A stretch of 64,000 bases of DNA from Methanobacteriota archaeon (GTDB taxonomy: Archaea > Halobacteriota > Bog-38 > Methanoflorentales > Methanoflorentaceae), in contig OY970393.1 of the NCBI GenBank assembly GCA_963720465.1, forward strand, positions 1,440,001 to 1,504,000, in the 5' to 3' direction. The translations under genes and the position numbers were made by a program. This document shows positions 62,104-64,000 of the stretch, in pieces; position 1 is the stretch's first letter, and the number at the start of each line of letters is the position of its first letter. The notes beneath the pieces are model-generated. The model was not told where the DNA came from. It worked only from the letters and a program-made list of their open reading frames with translations, and made no database searches.

Positions 62104-64000
62104 TCATTGATAGCTTATGTGCGTCGTCGGCTCAGCAGGTCGGCCCCCTGCAAATTTCTGTTTTATCTGCTCGTAGTATTGCATCGTGTGTTCGTCAATC
62201 GCCGGCCGTACTTTTTTGAGTGCCTCTCTGAAGTGCCGCATTTCAATGGAGCTTATGTCCATCGCTTCCCGTAACGCGAGCATTGCCGCTTCTTTACAGA
62301 GAGTTTCTAAGTCGCTGCCCACGTACCACTCAGTAAGATCCGCAAGCTCTTCAATGTCCACGTCATCGGAGAGAGGCATTGTTCGCGTGTGGATATTCAA
62401 GATTGATACTCTCGCACTCTTCTGAGGCGCACCAAGCAATATCATTCGGTCGAATCGTCCTGAGCGTAAGAGCGCCGGGTCCACTATGTCAGGCCGATTC
62501 GTAGCAGCGATCACGACAATGCCCTTGAGATCTTGTAAGCCGTCAAGCTCCGTCAACAGAGTGTTTACGACTCGTTCCGAGACCCGCGACGTGTCTTCTA
62601 TGCCTCGCACGGGGGCGAGCGCATCGAGCTCATCGAGAAAAACAACAACGGGCGCAACTTGTCGCGCCTTCTTAAAAACGCTCCTTACTGCGCGCTCTGA
62701 TTCGCCGACCCATTTACTCATCAACTCAGGGCCCCGCACGCTAATGAAGTTCGCTTCCGTTTCATTAGCCACGGCTCTGACAATGAGGGTCTTGCCAGTT
62801 CCTGGCGGTCCGAACAGCAGGATTCCTCGAGGCGGCTTAATGCCCATTCTTCTAAATGATCGGGCCTCTTTCAGAGGCCATTCTATCGCTTCGATCAGTT
62901 CCTGGCGAGCTTCCTCAAGCCCGCCTACGTCGTTCCAGGTAGTATCAGGAATTTCGATGAGTATCTCACGGAGAGCACTCGGCTGTATTTCTCGAAACGC
63001 TTCGCTGAAATCCTCTTCAGTGATTTTCATTTTAGTGAGAGTCTCTGCGGGAATCTCTTTGTCGAGGTCGATATCTGGCATGTATCTCCTCAAGGCACGC
63101 ATTGCCGCCTCTTTCGTGAGCGAGAGGAGATCTGCTCCCACAAAGCCGTGAGTGATGCTCGCTAGCGCTTCGAGCTTGACGTCGCTGGCGAGTGGCATGT
63201 CCCGAGTGTGAATTTGCAGGATTTCCCTTCTGCCGCCATAATCCGGCACCGATATTTCAATCTCTCTATCGAACCGGCCGGGACGCCTCAAAGCAGGATC
63301 AATCGCTTCAATCCTGTTTGTAGCTCCGACTATTATTATTTCACCGCGCTCTTCAAGCCCATCCATTATGGTAAGCAGCTGCGCGACAACGCGTCGCTCG
63401 ACTTCTCCGGTTACGTCTTCGCGCTTCGGCGCGATTGAATCAAGCTCATCGATAAATACAATCGAGGGAGTGCGATCGCGGGCTTCCTCAAAGATTTCAC
63501 GTAGTCTTTGCTCGCTCTCCCCGTAGTACTTGCTCATAATCTCAGGTCCCGCTATCGAATAGAACGTTGCGCCCGATTCATTCGCAACGGCTTTTGCAAT
63601 GAGCGTCTTGCCAGTACCAGGAGGCCCGTGAAGCAGCACGCCGCTCGGTGGCGTTATGCCAAGGGCTTGGAAGACTTCGGGATGCTTCATAGGAAGTTCG
63701 ATCATCTCTCGTATGCGCTGTATCTCGTCTCTCAAACCTCCGATATCTTCGTACGAGATGCCCGTAGCACGCACCGATTCAAACCCTTTGACGGGCTTGT
63801 CCCTTAGATCAAGCTGGGTACGCTCAGTGATGAATACCACGCCGAGCGGACTCGTATTGACGACGACAAGCGGCACGGCTTGACCCGGCACCCGCAAGAG
63901 CGGATGTGACGCGACACTCATAATAGGCACGACGTCCCCCTGAACCATTGGGCGCTTGAGCAGCTGACGGTGAACGCTATCCGTCATCTCGGCAAGCGGT
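62104..64000 (-). CDS. cdc48: CDC48/VCP family AAA+ ATPase (5' end outside window)
   Basis: Two AAA modules: [19 protein letters not shown] and RSGRFDR. Frame is open to the window edge. Confidence 0.95.
   Translation of the reverse strand, partial: PLAEMTDSVHRQLLKRPMVQGDVVPIMSVASHPLLRVPGQAVPLVVVNTSPLGVVFITERTQLDLRDKPVKGFESVRATGISYEDIGGLRDEIQRIREMIELPMKHPEVFQALGITPPSGVLLHGPPGTGKTLIAKAVANESGATFYSIAGPEIMSKYYGESEQRLREIFEEARDRTPSIVFIDELDSIAPKREDVTGEVERRVVAQLLTIMDGLEERGEIIIVGATNRIEAIDPALRRPGRFDREIEISVPDYGGRREILQIHTRDMPLASDVKLEALASITHGFVGADLLSLTKEAAMRALRRYMPDIDLDKEIPAETLTKMKITEEDFSEAFREIQPSALREILIEIPDTTWNDVGGLEEARQELIEAIEWPLKEARSFRRMGIKPPRGILLFGPPGTGKTLIVRAVANETEANFISVRGPELMSKWVGESERAVRSVFKKARQVAPVVVFLDELDALAPVRGIEDTSRVSERVVNTLLTELDGLQDLKGIVVIAATNRPDIVDPALLRSGRFDRMILLGAPQKSARVSILNIHTRTMPLSDDVDIEELADLTEWYVGSDLETLCKEAAMLALREAMDISSIEMRHFREALKKVRPAIDEHTMQYYEQIKQKFAGGRPAEPTTHISYQ

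Overview
Archaeal chromosomal window, most likely from a Halobacteriota methanogen. Evidence: PolD DP1, RadA, RPA, S17e, CofE, ThiDN, CDC48, a BHB-intron tRNA and PGF-CTERM proteins. A Methanomicrobia/Bog-38-like lineage is inferred, not verified. Positions ~1-31 kb form a loosely packed accessory cell-surface/polysaccharide region. It holds three Wzx-type flippases, GT2/GT4 glycosyltransferases, galU/ugd/UDP-GlcA decarboxylase, a secreted GH113-like hydrolase with three 300-bp Ig-like repeats, acs, ppa and several decayed fragments. Positions ~31-64 kb are mostly core genes. The main oddities are: (1) a PGF-CTERM surface-protein array (51.8-54.4 kb) with constant leader and anchor/terminator modules, variable passengers and mosaic polymorphisms; (2) rps17e with an ACG at its start position; (3) an orphan three-hairpin candidate sRNA at ~18.2 kb; (4) a 63-nt intron in tRNA-Thr(UGU). 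Small frameshifts in DJ-1, GNAT and cofE suggest possible assembly indel errors, so single-base claims need read-level checks. No CRISPR array, integrase or transposase was seen.
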